Of a stretch of DNA of 64,000 nucleotides, positions 37,257 through 49,305 are shown in pieces. The stretch lies in assembly GCA_965113315.1 (NCBI GenBank), contig OZ220367.1. The stretch is one strand, 5' to 3'. Position 1 is the stretch's first letter. Every line of letters starts with the position of its first letter. Both the position numbers and the translations under genes were made by a program. The stretch is from Podarcis vaucheri (lineage: Eukaryota). The notes beneath the pieces are model-generated. The model did not search any database, was not told the DNA's origin, and saw only the letters and a list, made by a program, of their open reading frames with translations.

Positions 37257-37458
37257 CGGTTCCCTCACTGCGAGAAGTGAAGCTACAGGGAACCAGGCAG
37301 AGGGCCTTCTCAGTAACGGCTCCTGCCCTGTGGAACACTATCCCATCAGATGTCAAGGAAATAAACAACTATCTGACTTAGAAGACATCTGAAGGCAGCC
37401 CTGTTTAGGGAAGTTTTTAATGTTTGATATTTTATTGCTTTTTTATTCTGTTGGGAGC
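37257..37458 (+). mobile_element. L2 LINE 3' fragment running into an assembly gap
   Basis: GGTTCCCTCACTGCGAGAAG...TGTTGGGAGC as in the other copies. Confidence 0.85.
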
Positions 37459-37589
37459 NNNNNNNNNNNNNNNNNNNNNNNNNNNNNNNNNNNNNNNNNN
37501 NNNNNNNNNNNNNNNNNNNNNNNNNNNNNNNNNNNNNNNNNNNNNNNNNNNNNNNNNNNNNNNNNNNNNNNNNNNNNNNNNNNNNNNNN
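37459..37589. other. Assembly gap (N run)
   Basis: 131 Ns at an L2 tail. Confidence 1.
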
Positions 37590-38242
37590 TATGTAGCAGA
37601 GCAATGCCCCCCTTTTAATTGGCAAATTAATCTGAAAAAATAGGGGTTGTATTGTTGCTTGTTCTAAATTATTTTACTTTTTTAAAAATCAATTCCATTT
37701 TTGGATAGCTTTTATCTTATTTTGAGAACTTTTTTTTAAAAAAAACCATTCTTAGTGAATCTGCAAAAACTTGGAGATACTGCAGAAATTTGTTCAATTA
37801 AAATGCACCTATAAGACATTTCCCAATCAGTTATGAAGCTCAATGGCAGACCTTTCAAGGCATTAATAGCCTATCCTAGCCCACAGTGTAGCTGAGATAC
37901 TAAAAGGAATATAGGAATAGGAAACCACTGGAACAAGCAACTAATAATTATGTGGAACAGAAGCACAGAATACTTTTACAATTTGTCTTGGCACACACAG
38001 GGTACAAAGTATAAGTGGCACTTATTCATAGCAGCTTGGGTTGTGCTTGAAATGCCATTGAAACAAACTGCAGAAGCCTTAGGACAGTTTAACGGCTGCA
38101 AACATGTTTAATTCTTCAGTACCATTTGTGAATCTGAGATTTGGGGCAGATCTACACTCGTTTATAACGTTAAAATGTGACACCAGAGGATGCTGCAGAG
38201 CAGCAAGTCACAGACAAAGGGAAATTGCCACTGAACCTTATA

Positions 38243-38484
38243 CAGTGGTACCTCGGGTTAAGTACTTAATTGGTTCCGGAGGTCCATACTTAACCTGAAA
38301 CTGTTCTTAACCTGAAGCACCACTTTAGCTAATGGGGCCTCCTGCTGCTGCCGCGCCCCCAGAGCACGATTTCTGTTCTCATCCTGAAGCAAAGTTCTTA
38401 ACCTGAAGCACTATTTCTGGGTTAGCAGAGTCTGTAACCTGAAGCGCCTGTAACCTGAAGCATATGTAACCCGAGGTACCACTG
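38243..38484. mobile_element. MITE family A (inverted orientation)
   Basis: Same TIRs, TA TSD. Confidence 0.9.
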
Positions 38485-38881
38485 TAGAACATTCAATTGA
38501 TTAACGTTTAGCAGATCAATGGAGATCCAGTCTTGGAGAATAGCTTGATTCCAATATTCCCATTGGAAATACAGACGTGGTCATTTTGTACTAGAATCCA
38601 CAAAGATCTAATTCCTCAAGGACTAGGGATGGGGGAGAAATGTGATTCAGTTCAAACCTGTATCTATCAAATCTATCAAAACAACATGAGAACCAAAACA
38701 CAACCATTGTTCAAAATTTGTACTTATCTGAATTGAATGCAGTTCCCCAACCAACCAGTGTTTACAAGAAATGAACATTTTAGGGGGAAGTATGTATATA
38801 TAAAAAAGAAAAATGGGAAAATACCATATGATACAAAAACGCATACTATGCAGAGTTATTGCTTACAACTATGAGTACATA

Positions 38882-39239
38882 GCGGGTGGCGCTGTGGGTA
38901 AAACCTCAGTGCCTAGGGCTTGCTGATCGTATGGTCGGCGGTTTGAATCCCCGCAGCGGGGTGAGCTCCCGTCCTTCGGTCCCAGCTCCTGCCCACCTAG
39001 CAGTTCGAAAGCACTCCTAAGTGCAAGTAGATAAATAGGTACCGCTTTATAGCGGGAAGGTAAACGGCGTTTCCGTGTGCTGCGCTGGTGCTGGCTCGCC
39101 AGAGCAGCTTCATCACGCTGGCCACGTGACCCGGAAGTGTCTCCGGACAGCGCTGGCCCCCAGCCTCTTAAGTGAGATGGGCGCACAACCCTAGAGTCGG
39201 ACATGACTGGCCCGTATGGGCAGGGGTAACTTTACCTTT
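38882..39239 (+). mobile_element. Sauria SINE (young CpG-rich subfamily)
   Basis: Core motif, diagnostic CACGTGACCCGGAAGTGTCTCCGGACAGC, 13-bp TSD ACTATGAGTACAT. Confidence 0.92.
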
Positions 39240-39751
39240 ACTATGAGTACATTCATCAAAACTGTATACAAAGGTGTGCTGATAGGGAGAAAATTGCACT
39301 AAAATGCTGGCACATTTTTTGTTGACTGAACTAAAAAGTTTCATGAGCCCTTTTTAAAAAAAACACAAACCCCTCATATTTTGTCATTTTGTCACCCCCC
39401 TCAGTAATGACACTAGGGTCGGCCCGCACCCCCACACCCCCTTCCTCCGCCACTGAGTCTTAAAAAATCATTTCCCCTTTCTTTTATTGAACCTCACGCT
39501 TCCAAATCTAGGAACAGTGCTCTCTCACACATTTTCTCTCTTCCCTTTGGTGCTCTTATGAAAGGTTTTGTTCATGATTTGTATGCATGCTAAGGTTTTT
39601 CAGATATGTTCTTTTCTGGATTTCCGGAAAAGTATGCATGTGGAAAAACCCAACAACAAAACTGAGCACAACAGACACACAACTGTGGCTAGCTGTTATG
39701 CATGCCTAGTTATGAATCTAATGGAAGGCGTGAGTTTAACTACGGTAATTG

Positions 39752-39985
39752 GCTTGTTTGGAGGTTCTAGCAGGGGAGCGCAGCTATCGTATACCCTTGA
39801 CCGAAGAACGGTACACTCCTTCTGTCTGGGATAGTCGTCCTCTTCCACCGAGCGCACAGCTTCGGGGGGGACGCACATGGAGCGGTGAGGGAGGAAGGGG
39901 ACACCCACCTAGCCAGCCCGATCAGCCGAATCAACCCAGGTGATCAATGGGGTGACAGATGTCACAGCCAGATCCCCCTCACATC
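39752..39985 (-). pseudogene. 7SK snRNA retrocopy, 3'-truncated (about nt 2-240)
   Basis: Reverse complement reads GATGTGAGGGGGATCTGGCTGTGACATCTGTCACCCCATTGATCACCTGGGTTGATTCGGCTGATC...CTCACCGCTCCATGTGCGTCCC...GGTCAAGGGTATACGATAGCTGCGCTCCCCTGCTAGAACCTCCAAACAAGC, collinear with vertebrate 7SK. It shows CpG-decay substitutions and lacks the 3' hairpin and oligo-T terminator. Confidence 0.92.
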
Positions 39986-41012
39986 TTGCCCTAAGCAGGA
40001 AACCTGCAGAAATAAGATGGATTGCTTGCCTCTTCTGCCCGCTGGCGGGTGACTGTGCTGCTGGGGTGGCGACGAGATCGCACTGGCCTATCTATTCTGA
40101 ATGTATTCTGAATGTTCTTATGTGATGCCAATAAAGGTTATTTGACTTGACTTGACTAATTGGCAGGTGGGATAAGATTCCAAAAGAAGGGAATGCCCAC
40201 AAGTGTGATCTGTAAGAAGCATATTTGCAGCTGAAACAAAGGCTGAAGCAAATGCGCACCTCAGTGAATTAGGAAGACAAATGAGAAAACAGTGGATTCT
40301 CAGCAATACATTGCTCTCATATGGGCATGTCCATGGAAAGGGATGGAGGGGGGAAGCTCCCTTCCATTACACAACACTTTTATAGCTTATCCCAGCACAC
40401 ATGGGTCTATCAATGAATGCTCAATTGGAACTGCTCCTCTTTGCTTCTGGTAGCTACAATTGTGCCTTTCTATTGTTCTTGGTGGTTTCAGCTGATGGAT
40501 TTTAAATGCAATTTTAAATACGGTTTTATTGCATTTTAATCTGATTATTTTATTAGTATAATCCACTCTTGGAGCCAGCTGGCTGGAAAGCAAAATGAAA
40601 ATAGAATGAATTAATGATTGAATATAATATTTTGAGGGAAAACCAGCCATTACTGTTTTAAAACACATAGACACAGTTTTTTCTCCCCACGCTTATAACA
40701 AGTTTCCATTCTTTAAATAGAAGTCATCTTATAATTGCTTGTTTGTTTTATTCTTAGTTGGAGGGTCGACCAGTCAGCTGGCTATCTGTTCCACTTTACA
40801 AGGACTATCTAAAGGGGTCATCTCTATGAAGGATTGCCTAGTCTAAGTCCATTTTAAAGAATACAGGCATAAAAAGGGAGAGAAGGGGCCTTGAAGTTGC
40901 CAATCAGACTGAGTAGGCCCAAGGGTCAGTCTTTCACCAGTATGGAGAGATGTATTTCCATTGAAATGATAGCAATAATGTCTAAATGTGGATCTATACA
41001 TATAAATATAAA

Positions 41013-41170
41013 AGGGACGACAGAGGACAAGATGGTTGGACAGTGTTCTCGAAGCTACCAGCATGAGTTTGACCAAACTGCGGGAGGCAGTGGAAGACAG
41101 GAGTGCCTGGCGTGCTCTGGTCCATGGGGTCACGAAGAGTCGGACACGACTAAATGACTAAACAACAACA
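41013..41170 (+). mobile_element. RTE-BovB LINE 3' end
   Basis: GRQRTRWLDSV...MSLTKLREAVEDRSAWRALVHGVTKSRTRLND followed by a (CAA)n tail. Confidence 0.9.
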
Positions 41171-42017
41171 TATAAATTAGCATATGCAAATATTTGTGGT
41201 GTAGCCAACTAAGTTCTGCTCAGAATAGACCCATTAAATTAATGACCTTACGTTCGGTCATGCCCATTATTTTTTATGGGCCTACTTTGAGTAGGACTAA
41301 CACTGGGTGCAACCTTTTGTCCCCTTCCTCCCCCAACCCCATGCATTTCCTTTCTATCTGTGATGCATAAATGACCATCCTAACAACCAGGCCTCCTGGT
41401 GAGTCACTGTCTTCACCCTGGCTACAGAACTGAGATTAGGAAATGGGCTATGATGCGAGGATCTCGAAAGAGGCTATGTGATGAAAATAAAGGCCTGAAG
41501 AAGGAAGGAGAGAAGATGCAGCAAATGGAGTAGAGGAAAACAGAAATGAGAAAAGGTGACTCAGGGAGGGGGGGGGAATCTCTTGCAGAGCCCAAAGAAG
41601 GAAATACTGTGTGCTGATGGTAAGAAGAGGCAGTCAGGCAAGAGTAGTAGCAAGACAAAAAAGAGCACATAGGTGCAGCTCAGTTCAATACATTGATTGA
41701 ACGAACCCTTCAATTCTCCATATGCGCATCAAACTGAACCCAGAAGTGACCAAAAAAGTAAAAAAATAATAATGCAAGGAACAGGGCAGGGCATAGGTGG
41801 GGCAGGGGCACAACAGGGTGTTTGCAAACTTTTTCAATTGTATATGATTTCACTGATGTGTGCAGTGCCTTGAAATGTAACCCCCGGGAGATGTAATGCA
41901 ACCGGGGGTTGCCTGTATTATGAAAGCACCAGCCAAACCTCCCTGGGGAGAGCACTGCACAAACGGGGAGCCAGTGCAGTGTGTGTGTGTGTGTGTGTGT
42001 GTTTGCCACTGGTAAAA

Positions 42018-42405
42018 GGGACACTGGTGGCACTATGGTCTAAAACAATGAGCCTCTTGGGCTTGCCAATCAGAAGGTCGGTGGTTCGAATCTGCGCAAC
42101 AGGGTGAGCTCCTGTTGCTCTCTCCCAGCTCCTGCCAACCTAGCAGTTCGAAAGCACACCAGTGCAAGTAGATAAATAGGTACTGCTGTGGTGGGAAGGT
42201 ACAAGGCATTTCTGTGAGCTCTGGTTTCCATCATGGTGTTCTGTTGCGATAGAAGCGGTTTCATCATGCTGGCCACATGATCCAGAAAGCTGTCTGTGGA
42301 CAAATGCCAGCTCCCTCGGCCTGAAGCAAGATGAGTGCCACACCCCATAGTTGCTTTTAACTGGACTTAACTGTCCAGCAGTTATTTACCTTTACATTTT
42401 TTACC
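42018..42405 (+). mobile_element. Sauria SINE (older variant)
   Basis: Core motif and near-TSD TTTGCCA(C/T)TGGTA. Confidence 0.9.
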
Positions 42406-44074
42406 TTTGCCATTGGTACATCATTTTTCTACTGTGATTAATTTTCATCCTATAGCCAAGACACAGTAAGAAGGAAAACCTAGAAGGAGGAATGAGAAGA
42501 AAACGCATTTGGGGAATATTTTAATTAGAACTATCTTTCACTTCCAGTTTCCAGGATTGCTTGGGGAAAATCATATTCTTTAAATGTATTTTTAAATGTA
42601 TGGTGTGTTCACTGCCCTAGTTCAGCAGTTTCACACTGGAGTTTCTCTGGCAATCTTTGCTGACCTGAAATTCACCATTCATCAATAAAAGATCTTCAAA
42701 CAGAGGCTCCAACATGTTTCATAGGAAAGAACTTGCTGGTGTCTAGGCACAGATTAAGTTTTGGGGGCTAGATTAAGCAGCAGAGTAACTTTTGGAAGTT
42801 CAAGGTTATTATAGATTTCCGCAGTTTTGGGGTCCAACCTTCTTATGTGAAAGGGTTTTTAAAGGAAATTTGGATCCAAAGTGAAAATTTCCATTTCAGT
42901 TTTGAATTCGGACATTCTTCTTTTTATTATTTTTAAGATGTTTATATTCAAAATGATGCAATCTGGAAAAGCTAAGAAAATCAATATTCTGCACATCTCT
43001 AAGTTTGCCTTTTTGGAGAAATGGATGCTGAAGGTTACACTTAAATAAAAGATCAAAACAATATCTTACCACAATCCCGAGTCATTTTATGGAACTTAGT
43101 CTTTTTTATTTCAGTGGTATATGATTTCTAATTTCTGTATTGAGGATTATGGCCCAATGAGAAAACTTAAATACAAGTAATCCTAACACTGGACTTTTAT
43201 AGTCGTTTCACCCTATTTTAGCAACAAAGGTGAAAATGGTCTGTTTGCTATAGACTTGATTCCATCTTTTTTTTATAAAAAAAAGAAATTCTGGTTGCCG
43301 TGTTTTAAAAAATATATTTATATTTATTATTTTATGAATAAGCGCCATGAATTATCACAATATATACGTAACCGTTTGATGAACTTAACCCAAACCGCTT
43401 TGACTCCTATAATATATTAACCCTTGGTGCAGCAAATCTGTGAGTAAGGTACACATTTGTAATAAAGTTTTAGGGAGGCTCCAAACTACAAAATGTATGA
43501 TGCAATTATGATAAACCAAGAGCAAAACAAACACACATGCACAAAAACATCTGGAGCATTCAGTTAAAGTGAACAACTAAATTACAGCGAATGAATTGAC
43601 ATGTGAGTGTAGCGCACCAGATTTCAGTTTCAGTTGAAATCTGCTACTCAGAAAAGGGAATGGAACTGAAAAAGTGAATTCCTCCAGTGGAGTTGTGCAT
43701 GCCCCCATCCGTTGTACACTAGCTTCAATACAAACAGCCTGGCTTGTAGTAAGCCAGAGTTCCACTTGACATTTGACCCAGGGAATTCTGGCTTAATGCT
43801 AGTTAACAAACCAGGAAAATAAGCTGGGATGTTTGGACGTAATGGGGAAGCCCTGGTTTAATATAAACCAGAATCATCACACTGAAGTTGGTGTAGAATT
43901 GCAGGAGGGGAGGACTGACGAGGTTTATGGTTTACAGAACCAGGAACAATTGTCTGAACAGTGCCATTGGTTTTACCCTCAATGGGCTGTGGCTGTAAGC
44001 CCAAAAAACTTCTAAAAGGAAGCAAGCCTCACTGAACACAATGGGACTCACTTCTGGAGTGGACACGCAGTTTA

Positions 44075-44640
44075 CCGTATTTTTCGCTTTATAGGACGCA
44101 CTTTTTCCCCTCCAAAAATTAAGGGGAAATGTGTGTGCGTCCTATGGAGCGAATGCAGGCTCCTTGGCTTCAGTGATAGCAACATGAAGCCTCCAAAGCG
44201 CAGAGGGAGAGCTCCCCCCGTGCTCTGGAGGCTTCGCGTTGCTTTCGCTGAAGCCGCCTGAAGCCCCCAGAGCGCAGCGGGAACTCCCACTGTGCTCCAG
44301 GGGCTTCAAGCCACTATCCGCAAGCCTTCGGAGTGCAGCGGGAGTTCCCACTGCGCTCCGAAGGCTTGCGGATAACCGCCTGAAGCCTGGAGAGCGAGAG
44401 GGGTTGGTGCACACCGATCCCTCTTGCTTCGCTTCGCTGGAGAGGCGCTGCGCAGCTCTCCCTCTCTGCGCAGCGCCCCTTCAGCGAAACGGGAGGAGAA
44501 ATGGAAGGGGCTCCATTTCTCCTGCCGCTTCACTGAAGGGTTGCTGAGCAGAGAGGGGGAGATTTTTTTCCCCCATTCTCCCCCTCCTATGGTCCGGCGT
44601 GTCCTATGGTCCGGTGCGCCCTATAGAGTGAAAAATACGG
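44075..44640. mobile_element. MITE family B (long variant)
   Basis: CCGTATTTTT TIR, TA TSD. Confidence 0.88.
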
Positions 44641-46101
44641 TATATCATAATCTGATTGCCTGGATATTAGCGTACCATTCTACAGCAGGAGTTGAATTTC
44701 AATGGTCATACCAGAGAAAGAACTGCTGACCCTTTCTCTCAAAATAGCAGGCGCTTATGAAGTCAGAGATAGCGCCAAGGGGTCACATTTGCAGGCTGAG
44801 GCAGTACATTTTTAACTGCATAAGTCTCATTAGTGTTAATCAGATTCCGATGGCTAAAAGACAGTGTATTAAGAACGTAGCCACTGGTTTCCAAAGCAAG
44901 AGTAAGTTAAAGGAAAGCCAGTTAAGTTGCTCCCTTCCAGGTCAAAAGAGAAAAGAAAAGCTGCAGACTGGTTTGGTTTTGTTTTTTAAAAAACGATAGG
45001 GCAGTAAAGGAAGCAAAAGTATTGGGGAAATGGAGGACAAGTGAATGGGATCTGAGGAATTGAGGGTGTGTGGCAGGTGGAATGAAAGGATTCCCACAGA
45101 GGCCAATGGGTGAGCCTCTTTCCTCCGCAGAAGGGTTCCATTTCAACCTCTGGGCATCTCTAACTAAAAAGTAACAGGTGATGAAAAAGGCCTGGGATAC
45201 CGGGAAAATCACTGCCAGTCAAAGTAGGCAGTAAAGGGCTGGCTGGTCAAATCAGGCCGTTTAATATGTTCATTGTCATTTGGGTGTCAAGCAGGCCACT
45301 TTGGGAGGAAGAGAGAGGTGTAAATTCAATGAGTAAAGTTAAATAAATAACTGGTCCTATGTTGAAAAGTGAAAGGACCAGTTATTTAAGTAACTTTATT
45401 TACTGAATTTACACCCCTTTCTTCCTCCCAAAGGAAGGAAAGAAGCATTTAAACTTCACTCCACTAAATTAAATAGGTGACTATCAATCACAGATATCAG
45501 CCCAACAGGGTTGTTTGTGAGGATACAGTGGAGATGGGGATAACTCTGTGTGCCACCTTATGCTCCTTGGAAGAAAGGGGGACTATAAATGCAAATGATG
45601 ATGATGATGATGCAGATAGATTAAAAATAAATCAATCAGGTTTCTTTCCACATAAACCTGGGGTGGTGAATGTGTAATTCTCCATATTTTTGTCAGACTC
45701 CAGCTCTCATCAGCCCTAGACAGCCTGGCTAATGTTTCAGAGATGACAGGGTGAAGACCAGCACCTTCTGGAAGACCACAGGATAGCTAGTCCTGCTATA
45801 AACTGAGGAAGGCAAGTATAGTTCTCCACACCCTGGTGGAGACTGCAATTGTTGAAACACCATACCATTCCAGAGCTCTTAAACATACAGAAGCCCTGCT
45901 GTAGCTTCAACATGCCCCCAACTTGTGTTGTTACTTTGAGGAGGCCATGTGAGAATTGCCCAAGTACTCATACTATTTGTCCAACAGTGACTTCAACTCG
46001 CCCTCTCTCTTCCTACTGGGCAGGAAAACTCCCCTTTCCCCAATCTGTCCATATAAACCTCTATCACGTTTGTTGCTTTTTAAAAAAGGACCTGACTACA
46101 A

Positions 46102-46285
46102 GTTGCTGTTGTTTAGTCATATCCGACTCTTCTTGACCCCATGGGCCAGAGCACGCCAGGCACTCCTGTCTTCCACTGCCTCCCACAGTTTAGTCAGACT
46201 CATGTTGGTAGCTTTGAGAACACTGTCCAACCATCTCGTCCTCTGTCGTCCCCTTCTCTTTCCCAACAACAGGGTCTTTTCCAAG
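46102..46285 (-). mobile_element. RTE-BovB LINE 3' end
   Basis: LEKTLLLGKRRGRQRTRWLDSV...AWRALAHGVKKSR. Confidence 0.88.
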
Positions 46286-46978
46286 CTACAAGTTACACAA
46301 CACAATTGCTAATCACATTGTTAATGTATTTTAAGAAAAGAACAACTCAGTACTAGGCATAGGAGCTGGGTGGGTGGGGAATTGCCCACAGGAATGCAGA
46401 GCATGGGATGGTGTAATAATAATCTTCCCTTCCCAGCTGTGAGATCAGTTAAACCACACACCCCAACAAGTTAGTATTAGGGGGAAATATTCCATTGGTG
46501 CCAATGAGATCCTGTGCCCCTAATGCTAATTGCTGCACCGTGGTGGTGGTGGTGAATAAATTTTCAGAAATGCTGCATTCCTGAAGACAATTGAACCAGC
46601 CCTCTTGCACATGTTTAAAAAATCCTTCTGTGATCGCTAATGACATCATGAATATAATGAGTGGTTAGGCCATTTGCTGAAAATTCAACAGCATTTTAGT
46701 GCACATTTCTCCTATTATGTGTGAGGATGCTATCGCTTTAAGTGAATCAGATGAGACTGGAAGGGACCTCTAAGCAGGAGACTGATTCAGCAGTAGAGAA
46801 GCTATGGCTTCCTTTAATAGGGACTCCTCATTTCACAACTAGTTAATCAAGTTTATCTTATGTTTACGGGCATTCTGGATTCTGAAAGTTATTAAGCTAA
46901 GAATAACACAATATCCACATTTTTTCCAAAGCAGTTTTCCCTAGCATAATGCATTTTTGTATGTTATTTTTACTAATA

Positions 46979-47220
46979 CAGTGGTACCTCGGGTTACATA
47001 CGCTTCAGGTTACAGACGCTTCAGGTTACAGACTCCGCCAACCCAGAAATAGTACCTTGGGTTAAGAACTTTGCTTCAGGATGAGAACAGAAATCGTGCT
47101 CCGGCGGTGCGGCGGCAGCAGGAGGCCCCATTAGCTAAAGTGGTGCTTCAGATTAAGAACAGTTTCAGGTTAAGAACGGACCTCCGGAACGAATTAAGTT
47201 CTTAACCCGAGGTACCACTG
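46979..47220. mobile_element. MITE family A
   Basis: Perfect 18-bp TIRs, TA TSD. Confidence 0.9.
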
Positions 47221-48129
47221 TACATGCATTTCTATATGTATGCATTTGTATGCTAATTGGCTGAATGACAACATTACAAAATTCAAAGAAGTGTGAATTT
47301 TGAAGGCTAGGTTTGTTTGGTTCACATATTGCTTTGGAAATTGTGAATTAGGTACGTACGTTCACTTTTAAACGTGAACTGAACGGAATTCCTCCTCCAT
47401 CCATAGCTCTAGCTGATGATCATTTGGTAGCTTTCTCCAAATTTCCCTCTTCACTGCAAGGACTACGACAGATAGGAACACGAGAGACTCCTATGTATCC
47501 CTAGAATGTAGGAATGCAAGCATGACTTGCCTCCCACATTCTTCTTTTACTCATTGCCTCCTTCTTCCATCTTCTGCACCATTACCATTTCACTGGGAAA
47601 GGGAGAGCGAGGCACGCATAACAGAACGTGCTTTTCTTTTTGTGTTAACAAATTGGCTCCTCAAAAACTCCCATTCTAAAAAGAAGGCAGAACTACTTCA
47701 CTAATCTAATTTGATCATAGAAACACAGATGGGGAAAATTGCCGGCCAATTAGATATTTAACAGTCCTACCCTGCAACAAACTATTGCAGCATGGAAAGC
47801 ATCTTTTTAGGGTAGGATTCCAACCACTCTGTTCTATTCCATCTTCCCCATCTGTACTGTACATTTAGAGCAGTATTATACCATTTTTAATGGTCACAGC
47901 TTTCCCCAAAGAATTCTGGGAGCTGTAGTTTTTAAAGGGTGTTCAGAATTATTAGGAGCTACAATTATCAGAGTAGCTTAACAATCAATCCCTCTTCCCT
48001 TTTCTCGCTTCCTGTTCAATTACCCCATCTTGTTATCTGTCCCACCCCCCACTCAGGGATCATCTACACTTCCGCTTGACCCCATGCCACTTTCCTCTTG
48101 TTTTAGAGTTTCTGCCTCATCTAGGAGTG

Positions 48130-48130
<1 letters not shown>

Positions 48131-48178
<48 letters not shown>
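48131..48178. repeat. (GTT)n microsatellite
   Basis: Directly visible. Confidence 0.95.
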
Positions 48179-48179
<1 letters not shown>

Positions 48180-49270
48180 TGCACTTGCGCATATCTCAGG
48201 TTCTTCCAACTCTTCTAGTACTTCTCTCAAGTGTGTGGAGCATAAGAAGACCCAAGTCGGTATTAGTATATAGTTCAATCCTAAACATTTTTACTTTATG
48301 GATAATTAACAAACAGCTGGGATCACACCCACGTTTGTATATTATACTCAGGGTTCCCCACCCCCCACCCCAGCCAGAAATCATTGGAACTTGGTTCTGG
48401 CACCTCTCTGGGAATAAAAAAAATCTTGAACAAAGAGTTCCAGCACCTTTTTTCTAGAAAAATAGCACTGATTACATTACCTCCAACACTCTTTTATCTA
48501 AGACTTGCTGTTACGGTGTCAGCAGAAAAATGGCAGGGCATAGATATAGCAAGGACTACTAGGGGTACATAAAGCATCTCTGTCCACTTGACATACAGAG
48601 ACAGTAGAAGCAGAGCTTCTCAGAGACAAGGGTTATTGATGAGGTTTTGCCCCCACCGTAGAGTTAGCCCCAAGTGTAGTGATAATTGGAAATAGAAATG
48701 AAGGCTGCTAATCATTAAGGGAGAAAAGGTGATAGTTAAGGTGAGAGTTATATCTTCTATACCAGGTCACCCCTTCATCTGGGTTGGGAGAAGACTGGAA
48801 GAAGACATTGGCTATTTCATTACTGCCTATCTCCTGACCATTCATAGATCATGAAGTCACCAGTGGGAAGGAACACATAAGAGATCCGATAATGCACCAA
48901 GCAGAAGCTTTATTTATCCACATCTCCAATACCACATGATCTGCAAAATAAAATACACCCAGTAATATCCCCTCCTGCATCAAAATAATGCAGAAATGTA
49001 GCATGAATTGAGGGCTATCTTAAGTCTTCTTCCCCTCTTCATTTACATTTCCTCCCCATTATCGGGGGGGGGGGGGACATCCACATAGTCATGATAGTCA
49101 TGTAGGAAGTGTTTATGGAGCCAAGTACATGAGCTAGCAAACATGTTAAACAAAACAAAACAAAAACCACATTCTTTTACAGCTTGCTGGGAGAGTTTCA
49201 TTGCTTTACAGCTCACTTAGCAGTATTTACAGGGAAAATAAACTATTTGCATAGACAAACAAGTTTAATT

Positions 49271-49305
<35 letters not shown>

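Noticed and set aside
39752-39985. Functional 7SK gene
   Set aside because: Lacks the 3' ~90 nt and terminator, shows CpG decay, and has no convincing TATA or PSE upstream.
43144-43183. Pair of CRX/OTX sites (GGATTA, TAATCC) in a GRK7 intron
   Set aside because: Six-mers of this kind are expected by chance in 64 kb of AT-rich DNA; conservation or ChIP evidence would be needed.
48030-48273. Poly-Leu/poly-Cys ORFs (also poly-Ile/Tyr at 53041)
   Set aside because: Translations of trinucleotide microsatellites.
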